This document shows positions 11,201 to 23,897 of a stretch of 45,794 nt of DNA, piece by piece. Each line of letters begins with the position of its first letter. The first letter of the stretch is position 1. Below the pieces are notes generated by a model. It saw only the letters and a program-made list of their open reading frames with translations, did not search any database and was not told where the DNA came from. A program made the position numbers and the translations under genes. Source of the DNA: Rhizaria sp. SCN 62-66 (Eukaryota); assembly GCA_001724265.1 (NCBI GenBank), contig MEDY01000049.1:62001-107794 (forward strand), read 5' to 3'.

Positions 11201-13558
11201 TGCACTGAAGTGCTTGAGCGGAACGCGGCCGAAACCCTAGCAGCTAGGGCAGCTGCGAAGGCCGCCGCGAAGGCTGCGAATGCTCTCGCCAGGACGAAGG
11301 CGCGGGCAGAAAGGGTAACTGCGAAGGCAGGTGGAATGCGGGGCTTGCGACGAAGCGCGCGCGCTCGGGCTGCTGGCTATGGCGACGAGAAGAAGACGAA
11401 GGATGGGCGTGTGCTTCTGTTCTCAGTTGACTTTGGGCCTGCAGACGAGGATGACAGCGACGATGCGGACTATGTGGCAAGCGACGACTGCTACAGCAAC
11501 GAAGACGACGAAAATGAGGATTGTGAGAAGGATTCTGGTTCTGACGACTGCGACAGTGGCAGTGGCAGCGGAAGCTTTGCTACAGACTCTGAGTGCAGTG
11601 GATTTAGCGACGGATTCACCGACCCAGATGAGCATTACGCGGACCACGATAGTTAGCTTATCAAATAGCTGCTAGACAGCCACCCGAGTCATAAGATGAC
11701 TATGCGGGGACACAACAGCAATGCGGCTCGACAAAAGTTCGACAAGTGCCTCAGCAGTCTTATGTATGATGCTGTGGATAAGTACTACTGCTATGACATC
11801 AAGAAAGATTACAAATATGGCATGAAGGTGAGGCTTGCTGAAGCGAATGCAAAGGCTGAGGCGGAAGCCGCTGCGAAAGACAAGGCTGATGCAGAGGCCA
11901 AAGCAAAGGCGGAGGCAGAAGCCGAGGCAAACGCGATGGCTAATGCGGAAGCCGCTGTAAACGCGCCGGCTAAGGCTCGAGCTGGTTTAGACACAGACAA
12001 GACAGATTCAGGCACAGACAAGGTAGACTCAGACACTCAAGCTTCTGATGAGGAACACGAGGTCATCCCTAGATCTGCTGCTACCGAGAAGGTGTGCGCT
12101 GTTGAGGATGCAAATTTGGAAATTTATGTCAACTCAAAGGCTGATGCGAAGATCTCCACTGACAGTAGTGTTAATCCAGTCCCACCCAAGTCTGATCCGG
12201 AGTCAGAACCGACGTCTGACTCTGTTTTTGAGTCTGATCTCGAGTTAGAGTCAGAGTCCGACTCGGAAACAAATGCTTTAATCGAGCATAAGACCGAGTT
12301 TTATCTCCACTTCTCACTTACCGCGCGTGTTGGTGACGTATTTCAGCAGACCCGTCTGCTGCGGCTGCTGAGCGAGGCACATGACGAACTTGAACTCGAA
12401 CTTACAAACGAGACATTCTCGTTTGAAACCAAGCTTCTGAACTCGAGTGTTCCGCCATTACTTCTCTCACTCAACGTGAACAATCTTGAGAGTCACAAAG
12501 GCATTGCCATCAGCAACAAACTGACTGCAGCCGACGCTATCACTTCCCTCTCCGCGGCATCCGCGACCGACCTCTACACCCACGCGCGCGCACTACTTGC
12601 GCGGCAGGTTCCGCGTATTTTGCCTCCGTACGCTGCCCCGCCGAACGCGAGCTTGCTGTACAAGTGGCGTATGCCAGGCGACGCCCGCTACAACGGGCAG
12701 CGGCTGCGCATCATGATCGACGATGATGAGTTTCCGTGTCACGCCGCCAGTCTGCGCATGTTGGCGTACAAGGGTCGCCATGCCGCGTTGAACGTGCACA
12801 CGTGCTACAAGATGCTGACGGCTGACTGCGTTGCTCGGAATCAGGCTAACAGCGCTGCCGAGGTCGAAAAAAGCGATAGGTTGTCATTTGCTCAGTTTCT
12901 CGCAGTTGGCTTTGATCAATGTTGCAACAGTCTCGGTCTTAGTACTGTCAAGCGCATCACGGACGACAGTGAGAGCGAAAGCAAGAGCAAGACCGAGAGC
13001 TTTTGTCTCAACCCTGCGGCTCTCTGTGACCGGTTCTACAACGAGTGCACAACGCCTGCCACGAAGACATACCCCGCTGGCACAGTGTTTGCGCTATCCA
13101 TGTCCGCGTCACCGGCTACAGTGAATCATGCGATGTTTCTTATTGCGATCGCGCCCATCGCAGCCAAAGACGCGCCTGGCGCTGTGCCTGTGGGCTCCGT
13201 CGTGTCAGAGACGGGAGGCCCCGCAGTGGCACCGCCGGTGCTGCCGTCGGGGGAGAAAACAACGAAAACATCGATAGTGTCGACGATTGCGTCTGGGGAA
13301 AAGAATGCATCGGATGGTGATTCTGCGAGGACGACTCCAGTTGATGTTGAAGGTGGACTGGAGGCGGAGCTCATGCAGATCTGGTACTGGGCGCGGGCGC
13401 ACTTGAGCAAGAGCAACCGCTATCTCGAGAGCAGGAACAAGATCTTTGGGAGTGAAGGCTATGCTGACGGATGTGGAAGTAAAAATGACAATAATCGCGA
13501 ATGCAAGGCCCAGCTTGAGTTTGTTGGCTTTTATGACGGTGAGCAAATGGGCGAGTGA
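8297..13558 (+). CDS. CxxC-CxxC / B-box zinc-finger protein, paralog A (about 1633 aa), four in-frame TAG codons
   Basis: Exons 8297-8443, 8565-8846, 8972-9172, 9287-13558; all introns phase 0 GT-AG. Exon 1 encodes CAVC...CKPC; exon 3 encodes the B-box YCYEH...FCDTCVTPVCHQCALLHPTHKAH. ORFs 9005, 10625, 10904 and 11696 share one frame, broken only by TAG at 10574, 10811, 11654 and 11666. Ends in TGA. Confidence 0.75.
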
Positions 13559-14572
13559 GTCTGCTGCAGCTTGAGTTTGTCGAATTTTACGACAGTGATT
13601 TTATGGGCGAGGAATAATTTCCCGAGTGCATGACAATCTATGTGACTAAAGACACCGGCAACAGTACATTTTGGCCACTGGTGTACCTGGTAATGAAAAG
13701 TTTGCAACCACTATCAGAACACAGAATTGTTGAGTCCCATTTTGTTTGGATATGCAATAAATTAATCAACCTATTTTACTGTTGTATTTTTATGATTTAT
13801 TTTGTATCGAACAATTTTGGGTCATGCATGTTTTCTGGTATAAAATCATTTTCATAGAAAATCTCAATGAACAGGCATCACGAGATGTCGTCCATAATTT
13901 TACCGGTTTATGTCCCTAACAATAATATTAGTCGTTGTGAAACAAACATATTATATTCGATTTAAGCCGTTTTGAAATTAATAAATTTGTTTAATTTGCA
14001 TATGGAGTTATATTTGAGAGCTATACTTGTTTTCACACTAGTTCGTCGCAATTCATGGAGAGTAAGAGCGCTTAGCTGTCAAGATTTTGTGCTTCAGCGA
14101 CTCCGCCCGCGTAAGCCATCATTTGCAGAAGGCAGCCTTACATGTTGCTTGAATACCAACATTCATTGAGACCTCCACGCACGAACGCATCTTTGACACA
14201 TGGTCGTCGCCAGAATATGGATGTCGCACCCACGGTTTCACCAGCCAAATGAAACAAGAACCTTGTTAATATGTATTCAACCAATAAATATGTAGTAATT
14301 TCTTCTTCTAAAATATCTGCAGCTCCCACCGTTTCCTACTCAGCGCGCGTTTCCAATCAACAACACCACTCACCGACTTTGCTGACTGTCACAGCGTACC
14401 AACACCAGACCCGATACTTCGGAACGCATTATTCAACTAAAACAAAGCACATTGACACTCTAGATGTCATACTCCAATCTTGCGCCTAGACATAGTTCCA
14501 CGACACATGATGACAATGTTTTCCAAGCATAGAGCCAACAGAAACCGCAGAATGCATTAAGTCGCGTTTGCC

Positions 14573-16844
14573 TCACTCAGCGCCAGCGATCCAGCCGTCT
14601 TCGCTCTTGGTCGGCAGCGGGATGTCGAACGCCGCGCCGGCCTTAAGCGTTGCGATGACGGCGTCGATGGGCAGGCGCACCTGCATCGTCGAGTCACGGT
14701 CGCGCACAGTCACCTGGTTGTCGATAAGCCTAAACAGAGCAAAGTGAAATCCATCAAAAACAAAGCATAACATATCGATGAGTGTGGTTTTCAATGAATT
14801 CACACTCCATTGACACAAGAGACCCAATTATAATCAAGCACAAGAGTCATTACGCAATAAGTTGGGCGAGCATTAGTGAAGTGCAGTAAAGTTCAACGGA
14901 GTAACGTACGTCTCAGGATCAATGGTGACGATGTAGGGCGTGCCGATCTCATCGTGCCGCTTGTACCGCTTGCCCAACGTGCCCGTGACGTCCAGCGCGG
15001 TCGACACGTGCTTCGCGAGCCTGCCGTGCAGCGCCGCCGCGGCGTCCTTGACCGCGGCGTCCGACTTGGACGGGATCACGGCCACGCGGTAGGGCGCGAG
15101 CTCCTGGTGCACGCTGAACACGGTGCGCTTGCTCACCGTCACCTCGCCGTTGCGCATGCGCGTGACGCTCTCCTCGCGCCACCCGTCGGCCAGCAGCGCC
15201 ATGAAGAGCCGGTCGACGCCGACCGAGGGTTCGACCGTGTGTGGCAGGTCGCGGCCCGCAGGTGGGGCGGGGATCTTGGCCGTGGGTCCCAGCGCGCGGC
15301 GCGCGTCGTCGACGATGGCGGTGAGCCCCACGCCGTGCTGCCGCAGGTCGTAGTCGCCGCGGTTCGCCACGCCCCAGAGCTCGCCCCAGCCGAAGGGGAA
15401 CTTGTACTCGATGTCCGTCGTTGCCAGGGAGTAGTGCGCCAAACCCGTGGTGTAGGCGTTCAGACGCAGGTTCGCCGGGTTGAGGCCGTAGTCGAGCAGG
15501 AAGTTGTGGCACGCAGTGACAAAAGATGCGTAGTGCTGGGGGGACTCGTCGGGCAGACAAAAGTACTCAAGCTGTTGTCGCGAAGAGACAAAACAGGACA
15601 ATACATGTGTTAAGGGAAATCGGGGTTGTGAAGGGTCCAGTGATATTTGACGACATGCGCATCCATTAAATCAAATATGCTCCATAGATTTTTTGTTTTC
15701 GGCTGTTTTGACCGAGCAAGATCACGTACCTCGAGTTGCTCGAACTCGCGCATGCGGAATAGCAAGTCCCTGGGCGAAATCTCATTGCGGAACGCTTTGC
15801 CCACCTGCCCAATGCCAAACGGCATGACCAGGTTCGAGCTGCGGCGCACGCGGTCAAAGCTGACGAAAATGCCCTGCGCCGTCTCAGGGCGCAGGTAGGC
15901 GTCGTGCGTGCCGGCGCGCGTCGCCATAAGCAGGTTGAAGGGCTGCGGGTCGGTGAAGGTCGCGCAGCCGCACGTGCACTTAAAGCGGCACGACAGGAAC
16001 TTAGTTTTGACCTCATCGGTCCTGAGCACAGAATAAAGAGCACACATGAAGATGATGTGAGAGTTGGATGAGTTCATCAATTGATATGAAAAGTTGCGAG
16101 AGTGACTATCAACGCTTAACGGACCACTGGTTGAGGTTGGCAAGGGAGGACTCAATCACCATACCCTTGTCCTCGATAATCTTGTCGACGCGATGCTTAG
16201 TGTGGCACTTGGTGCACGCAACCTGGGGATCGGTGAAGTTCGCAACGTGGCCCGCAACTTCCCACGCTAAAACATCAAAAGCAATCAATTACACCACATA
16301 TAGGAGATGGGATGAGTCATTGAACCATATAGCAAGAGAAATACAGAAGAATAAACACAAAAGCACTCTGCAACATGGTTATGTCGCAATTTACGTTCGC
16401 TGTGCGAACGCAAAACAGTGTTTTGTATGAACACGTACTCTTGGGATGCTGAATGATGGCGGTGTCGACGCCCACAACGTCGGCGCGCTCCTGCACGAAG
16501 CGCTTCCACCACGCGGCAACAACGTTGCGCTTGAGCAGCACGCCCACGGGTCCGTAGTCGTATTGGCCCTTGACGCCACCATAGATCTCGCTGCTGGGGG
16601 AGACGAAGCCGCGGTGGCGGGCCAGCTGCGTCAGTTCCTCGAACGACAGCGGAACGCTTTTGTAGAACTGCTTCGGCTGCAGCGCGGGCTCAGCAGTGGG
16701 CAAAGCGGTGGCTGCCGCAGAGAAAAACGCGCGCGGAAGAGCGGTAGTGACGCGTGAAAAGCGGGAGGTCGCAGCCGCGGTCGCCGCAGAGACGACCGAA
16801 GACAGGGCCGGCATGGTGGTGCTGCGAAGGGCCCGACGAAGCAT
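14573..16844 (-). CDS. glyQS: Glycyl-tRNA synthetase, alpha2 (GlyQS-type), probably mitochondrial; 552 aa
   Basis: Exons 16844-16439, 16266-16125, 16021-15730, 15571-14910, 14729-14573 splice in frame. Motifs: SSEIYGG..YDYGPVG, TWEVAGHVANFTDP, YLRPETAQGIF, GIGQVGKAFRNEISPR..FRMREFEQLELEYF, FPFGWGELWGVANRGDYDL, EPSVGVDR, and the anticodon domain GKRYKRHDEIGTPY..VTVRDRDS. The N-terminus is Arg/Ser/Ala-rich and lacks acidic residues. Ends in TGA. Confidence 0.95.
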
Positions 16845-17225
16845 CACTGTAGGAGATGAAGGCAGAGGAGAAGGCCAATATTTTAGTAAAATGACTATTT
16901 GTGCGTTTCAAATTGGGTTGCACTCTGTATGAGTCTACTGTGTGCTTCGCTGTTCAGCGCTGCATGATTTACGCCGTGTGCGGGCGGTCAACGAGCGCAG
17001 CGGCTACGGGGACGAGCGAACTTTCAGCTAGTAGAACAACGAGTAAAGTCCGTGTAGTACAGGTGTCACACTTTGCACATACTGTTTATGTCATACCATA
17101 TATTTTTCCAAAATTGTATTTGAACTGCCTCACTATTCGCTCACTTAGCACCTCTTTTCACTTCCAACCACATTTTCTCTACTGCTCGACTCCGCACCTC
17201 GCCTGCCGCGCTCCGTCCAGGCTCC

Positions 17226-19619
17226 ATGTGTACGTCCCAATCAAAATCAACACTACTGCCCGGTTCAATCGACTTGTTTCTTTTTTAATTTTATCCGGAT
17301 TCTCTTCTCATCATTCGATCCTCTCCGCCCTGTGCCCCTCCTTCGCTCGAAACTCCAGCCTGGGGAGCCCCCAACCGGTTCAACACCGTCGGCGCCAACG
17401 CCTACGGCTTCGGCGCGCAACAGCCCACCGCCGCGCCTGGCTTCGGCTTCGGCGGCCAGCAGCCCGCTGCGGCGGCCGGTTTCGGCCTGCGTCCCGCTGC
17501 CACGACGGCTTTCGCGCCCGTGGCTTCCGCGGCGGGCGCCTATGGCTTCGGCGGCGCCGCGCCCGCCGCGGGCGGCTTCGGTGCTTTCGGCGCCAAACCG
17601 CTCGCGGGCACTGCCGCGGGCTTCGGCGCCACCCCGGCCGCGGCCCCCGGCTTTGGCGCCGCGGCCGGCGGCGGCTATGGCGCCAACCGCTTCGGCGCCC
17701 CCGCGGCCGCGCCCCAGCAGCAGCAGGGCTTCGGCTTCGCGCCTGCCCAGCCCGCCGCCGCCGCGCCGGGCGCGTTCGGCGCCGTGGGCTTCGGCGCACG
17801 TCCCACCGCAGCCCCCGGCGCGTTCCGCTTTGGCGCCCAGCAGCAGCAGCAGCCCGCCGCCGCGCCCGGCGGTTTCGGCTTCAACCTCGCGCCCGCGGCC
17901 GCGCCCGCCGCGCCAGCCGCGTTCGGTTTCGGCGTCCAGCAACAGCAGCAGCAGCCCGCCGCCGCGCCCGGCTTCGGCTTTGCGGGCTTCGGCGCCCAGC
18001 AGCCTGCAGCCCCCGCGGCGGGCACGTTCGGCGCGTTCGGCATGCGCCCCGCCGCGGCGCCCGCCCCCGGGGGCTTCTCTTTCGCCCCCGCCGCCGCCGC
18101 GCCCGCTGCAGGCGCCTTCTCCTTCGGCGCCAAGCCCGCGGCCGCGCCCGGCGCTTTCTCCTTCGGCGCTGCCGCCGCGCCCGCCGCGGCCCCCGCGGCG
18201 CCCGTGCCGACGCAAGCCCAGATCGCCGCCGCCACGGCCGCGGCGGCGGCGCAGAAGGCCGTCGCGGCCCGGGAGCTTGCGCAGCAACGTATCCAGGCCC
18301 AGCGCGCTCAGGCTGCCCCGCTGGTGGCGCTGGTGGACGACGACCCGTTCATGCTGGGCCAAGTCCGCGCCCCCGGCGGCAACGTCCCGCGCGCCACGCC
18401 CGCTGAAGTTCTCGCCAAGGCCGACATCGTTGCGCAGACACGCTACGGTATCGTCCCGCTCGCAAACGTTCCCGCGGCTGCCGCCGCCGCCGCCGCTGCC
18501 GCCGCGACTGCCGCCGCCGCCGCGACTACGTCGGTGTCGACCCCCGCGAAGCCCCCGCTGGGCGCCGGCGCCGGCGCCGTTGCGGGCCCGCCCCCGTCTG
18601 TGCTCAAGACGCCGCTGCCGGCTGCCGTGACCGCTGCGCTGCGCGCGTCGAGCTCTCCCGCCGCCGCCGCGCTCGGCGGCCGCAAAACCAACGCACACGC
18701 CGGCGCCGCCACCGCTGGCGAAGAGGAAGACGAGGACGGCGGCGTTGCCGGCGACGGCGTGTCTGCGTTCGCGCGCACACCGCTGCGCCACCACTTCACC
18801 ACCAACACGATGACCCACTCCAACGCTGTGGGCGCGGCGCTCCCCGGGGCTCCCGGCAGCGGCAGCGGCGGCGTCGGCAGCGGCAAGAAGGCCAAGGCGC
18901 GCCTCCACGGCCACTTTGGCGGCGCCGCGCTGGGCGGCCAGTTCGACGAGTTCGACGACGGCGCGGGCGGATACTTCAGCTCCGCCGGCGCTGCCGCCGG
19001 CGCTGCCGCTGGCCCCGCCGCCGCGAGTGACCGTGAGCAGCAGCTGGGGCTCGGCGAGGTTGCCACGCCCGCGCGCGCCCGCGTTGCAGGGGCCGGCTCT
19101 GTTGCCGCCACCCCCGCCGCGGCCACGGCCCACGGCCACGGCACGCCCGCCACCTTGACGCCTGGCTACGGCTTCCCCGCCTCGTACATGTCCCCTGCGC
19201 CCACCAGCGCCGCCGCCGCCGTTGCCGCTGCGGCAAGCGCGACGACGGCGGGCTACACGCCCTCCGGCGGCTTCGCCATCGCTACGCCGGGCCGCGCCGC
19301 GCCGCCCGTGTCGCCCTTCGTCACGCTGACGCCGCAACGGTCCGACGCGGCCAGCGCGCGCGGCCTCGTCGGCGGTGACGGCGCGGCGGCGGGGCTGTCC
19401 CCGTTTGCGTACAGCAGCGCAGGGCTCAGCGGCAGCGGCAGCTTCGGCGGCAGCGGCGCAAGCGTGGGCGGTGGCGCGACGCCGGTGACGCCGCTGTGCG
19501 GCGTGCGCGGGTCGCTGCTCTCGTCACCCATGGCCGTCGCGGCGCTCTCTGCGCACGCCGCGGGCGCCGGGGCCGTGACCGCGGAGCAGCAGGCGCTGCG
19601 GGCCGCGCTCGAGCGGTGA
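17226..19619 (+). CDS. FG-repeat nucleoporin-like protein (Nup98 N-terminal-like), 754 aa
   Basis: A 4-nt first coding exon ATGT (17226-17229), intron GTACGT...CCAG (17230-17358), then exon 17359-19619 give MSWGAPNRFNTVGANAYGFGAQQP.... Many GFG/AFG/FSFG repeats are spaced by Ala/Pro/Gln. Later DDDPFMLG and RYGIVP motifs. Ends in TGA. Confidence 0.7.
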
Positions 19620-20090
19620 GCCAGTGCATTCCAATTTGGGCGAACGAACGAAGATGACGTGTTGGTTACGTTGTTCCGTCAAAGGTCAGTGCGAGTGATT
19701 GCATTGTGATAAAGCAGGCCTGCTTGAACAAAAGAGCAAGTGCCGCATATGTTAGAGTTTATTATATCCGATACATAATTATGTTAATATCAACAAGTCG
19801 CTCGCAGATGTATTAATATGAATACGCATTTCATTCATATTCATATCGGTTTTGTTTTCATGTTTGAATTGAATATTGAATGGTGTATTAAGACTAAAAC
19901 TATTGTGGTTAATCTATCTATTTCACATGGCGTGTATATAAGAAATCGTAACTATCGATGCGAAAGTTTTAAAAATGAAATGATTGAACCAAATTCCCTG
20001 TTACCGACGTTTCTGCTATCCGCTCGACGTGACATGGCGTTGCGGTTAAGTGAAGATTGTCGATCATGGGCTGAGTGACTGAGAGATTCT

Positions 20091-23000
20091 TCAGTGCTTG
20101 GGCGTGGCCCTGGGGTGCGCCTTGCCGGGCTTCTCCGCCTGCGCCGCGGCCTGCGCGGCCTCGACGACGGCGGCCAGCACGATCTGCGGCTGCGCCTTGA
20201 CCTGTGCGCGCGCCCGCTCCAGCGCGCCGGCGGCCGCGTCCTCGGGCCACAGCTCCTCTTCCAGCGGCGGCGCCGTGTAGTGGCCGTGGTGGTGGTGGCC
20301 GTGAGCCGTCCCCGTCCCCGTCGCAGCGACAGCGGCGGCGGCGGCAAGAGCTGCGCCGCCGCCTGCGTAGAACGAGTCGTTGCCCTCCTCGCCGTGGTAG
20401 GGAATCAGCGCGCGCGGCAGCCCGTGCATGCGCCGCTGCGCCTGGCGGTACCCGGCCAGATCGGGCGCCTGCCCCACCGCGGCCTGCGTCTGCACAAGCA
20501 GGTTGTGCGCGCGCGCCAGCGCGGCGTCGGCGTCGGCAACGGCGGCAGCGTCCGAGAGCGCGACCGGAGTCACGCTGCCCCACTTGCCCCCGTCGTCGTC
20601 GTCGGCCGCGCCCTTGCCACCGGGACCCACACCTGCACCACCGGCGGCTCTCGCAACGCGGCCCGAGCCGCCCGCGGGCGCAGACAACTTGCCGCTGGCG
20701 TTAGCGCCGCCGCCACCGCCGCTGCTGCTGCCGTTGCTCGCAGCGGCCGCCGGCGGGAGCGGGTTCATGTCTGGCGGCACACCGCGCAGCGTCTTGTAGC
20801 CAAACCGCTCGCGGTAGGCGCGGATGAAGTCGTTCTCGGCGCTCCGCAGCGCCTTGCTGGCCTCGGCGCGGTCCGCGCGCCGCCGCGCCGCCGCCAGCAG
20901 GCGAACTTTGGCGGCGTCAACGGTCTCGGCCGTGTCAGCGAGCTCCTCCTGCAGCATGCGCACGGCGTGCGACACGGCGTCGTCGGCGCGCGCACCCGGC
21001 AAAAGCTGCTCCAGATACACCACCAGGCCTGTGTTGGACTGCGGGAGCAGCCCTGCGGAGCGGAGCTCCAGGATCGCGCGGTCCTCGAGCGAGTAGTGCG
21101 CAAGAGAGGCCTCGGGCAGCGCGGACGCGCGCAGGTGGGGCTCGAACGGCGCCGGGACGGGCGGCGCGGGGCCGACCACGCGCGAGAGCGCGGCAGGGGC
21201 GCGCGAGAGAGGATCGAACACGGCGGGCGCCGCCACGATGATCATCGCAGGGTCGTCCTGCTCGTTCTCCGCAGTCCCGGAAACATCAGCAACACGGCGA
21301 TGTGAGGAGCTGCGCTTGCGGGGCTTGGAGCGGCTGCGCTTGGCGTTCGCGTCCGCGGCAGAGCTGGCGTTGACGTTGGCGGGACTGGGGAGACAAACGT
21401 CGTTGTCGTCGTTGTCGTCAGTGTTGTTGGTTGCGAGACGAGAGCGCTTGTGCTCATGCTCACCGTCAACAGCAACAGCAGCAGCGGCGGGATCAGCTGT
21501 TGCACTGGCACTGTTCGTGTCGTCCAATCCATCGCCTGTCAGAGTCACTGTCGGTTTCACAGCAGCGCCAGCAGACACAGAGCTCGCACTCGCGTCAGTT
21601 GCACCGGTCTGATTCTCAGTCTTGGTGACACTGTCGACGGTCTGAGCGACATCGTCAGCCGTCGCCTCAGCCTTCACCTCACCCGCACCCGCACCCGCAC
21701 TGGCACCGGCGCTAGCGTTGCGGGAGGCTTCGTCCGCAGCTTCGGCCTCCCGACGCCGCTTGCGCCGCTCGCGCCTCTGCGTCCGCCTCTCGTCGCGCCT
21801 CTCAGCGCGCTCCCAGCGGCCCGCGGCCTCGCGGACGTACCGCGCGTACGCACGCTCGGCCTCGGCGTCGCCCTCCCAGACCGGCGCGTACACCGTCACG
21901 CCCAGCCCTGGCACCTCGCAGTCGCCGAGATCGGCAGAGGCACCGGGGACGCGCGAGTGCGCGCGTGCGCGCCGTGGGCCGGGGTCAGTGAGCCCCGCGG
22001 CGGCGCAGACCAGAGCGGGGTCGAGCGCGTCCGCGGGCACGCCGAGCTCTGCCGCGACCTCGGCCACCAGCGCCGTGACGGATGGGTGCGGCACGGCGAC
22101 GCCGAGGGGCCGGTACACGCGCGGCAGCAGCGGCGCGCCGGGCGGGCACTCGACCAGCGCGCTCAGCAGCCGCTGCGACAGCGAGTGCGCGCACAGAGAG
22201 CGGTCGGCGCCCGCGCCGCCCACGAAGGACGCGGCAGCGGCAGCGGCGGCGGCGGCGGCGGCGGCGGCGGCAGCGGCGTCGGCGTCTGATGTCACCGGTG
22301 CGGGCGCGTTGCTGCTGCTGCCGCTGCCACTGCCATTGCTGCTGCCGTTGCCGCCGTTCGCGCTGCTGTTGCCAGAGCTAGATGTCGTGAACGGAGCGAT
22401 GAGGTCGGGCGACACCGTGCTCGGCAGCCGTAGCGGCGCGTTGCTGTGGCCGTGGCCGTGACCGTGACTGTTCCCGTGGTGACTGCTGTGGGAGGCCGCA
22501 GCAGGAGCAGCGGCAATCTCAGTCGCAGTCGCGGCGACCGGCGCATTGCCGGTGCTGCCGTTGAGCGTGGTAAGCGCAGAGACGCCGCTGGCGACCGAAG
22601 CGCTGGCGGCACGCGCAGTGATGCTCGGCGTCAGACTGCCACTCCCGCTCTTTGCTCCAGCGCCCTTCTGACCACCGCCCTTGCCGTGGCCGGCGCCCGC
22701 GCCCGCGCCGGCCTCGGCGTCGGCGCTGTTGCCCGCAGCCGCCGCAGCAGCGTCCGCCGCGGCTTTGCGTGCGGCCTCGCGCGCCGCGGCCGCGATTGCT
22801 TGCGGCGAGGCGGCGATGTTGTGCAGATGCCCCGCGGCCGCGGCCGCCGCAACCGCGGCAGCGGCCGCCGCGGCCTCGTGTCCGTGCGCGGCCTGCGTCT
22901 GCTGCTGCTGCTGGTGCTGCTGCTGCGGGGTGAGCAGCGGCGGCGCCAGCGCGGCGGCGGCGGCGATGGCGGCCTCGGCCTCGGCGACGGTCGCGCCCCC

Positions 23001-23861
23001 GGGCGCCCCCGCCGCGGCCGCCGCGGCCGCCGCGCCGTAGAGGCGCGCGGGCGGCGGGCGCAGCAGCGCGAGCGCGGGCGCCACGGGCAGCGGCTGCAGC
23101 GGGCGCGACTGGCCCGGGTTGAACAGCGCGCGGTCCACGGCGGCGATGCGCGCGCGCACCAGCGGCGGCAGGTGTGTCGCCACAAGGAGCCTCGCGCCGG
23201 AGGTGAGCGCGGTGCGGTCGGAGCGGGAGCGGAAGACGCGGGACAGCGCGAGGGCGCGCCAGACGGAGGACATGACCGAAGTCGATGACGGGAGGTCCGC
23301 GGGAGACATCGTCTCGGTCGACGTGGGGGTTGCCTGCGACGACTTGCCGTCTGTGGAAATAGAACTCGCAGAAGATGCGTTGCTAGTGCTCTTTTCAGCC
23401 TGCTTCTGCTTCTGTTGCTGCTGAGTGGGCGAGAGCGGCGTGTCCTCGCCCCTGTCCGCCGCGGCGTCGGCCTCGGCGTTCGGCATAGGCACCACCCCGG
23501 CCAGCATGTAGCACGCCGCGAGCGTGGCCAGCGACGCGTCGACCGAGTGGTCCCACGCCACGGTCGCGAAGCACGGCGGCGGGAGCCCGTGCAGGTGGCT
23601 CTGGCCCGACGGCGCGCCCAGCGCCAGCTGCGGCGCCGCGGGCAGCGCGAACGGCGGTAGCAGAGGGGTCGGCCCACTGTGGTGTTTGCTGTCGTCGCTG
23701 TGGCGGCGGCGGCGGCGAGCGTTGTCGGTGTCGACGTCGGTGACGTGCGCTGACGACGATGATGAGTCCTTGCTGTCGCCGGCGCTGGCGCCTTCGCTCT
23801 TGACTGCATTGCTGTCACTCTGCTGCTGCTGCTCGTTCTCGCTCTTAACCTCGGTCTGACT

Positions 23862-23897
<36 letters not shown>

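Noticed and set aside
10574-11668. Pyrrolysine or programmed readthrough as the explanation for TAG
   Set aside because: Eukaryotic context, no pyl genes in the window, TAGs at non-catalytic variable positions, no shared 3' motif, and several TAGs per gene.
8297-13558. Calling the TAG-containing genes pseudogenes
   Set aside because: All nine disruptions in four genes are TAG. There are no frameshifts or internal TAA/TGA, and splice sites and Zn ligands are intact.
13600-14570. Small ORFs between B-box paralog A and GlyRS
   Set aside because: AT-rich, no recognisable motifs and no consistent splice model even with TAG as sense; likely 3' UTRs or intergenic DNA.
16901-19337. Long overlapping, antisense or alternate-frame ORFs (e.g. 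17265..19337 -, 16901..18406 +, and many Arg/Pro-rich ORFs elsewhere)
   Set aside because: Shadow ORFs expected from very high GC and GCN-repeat coding; no domain signal.
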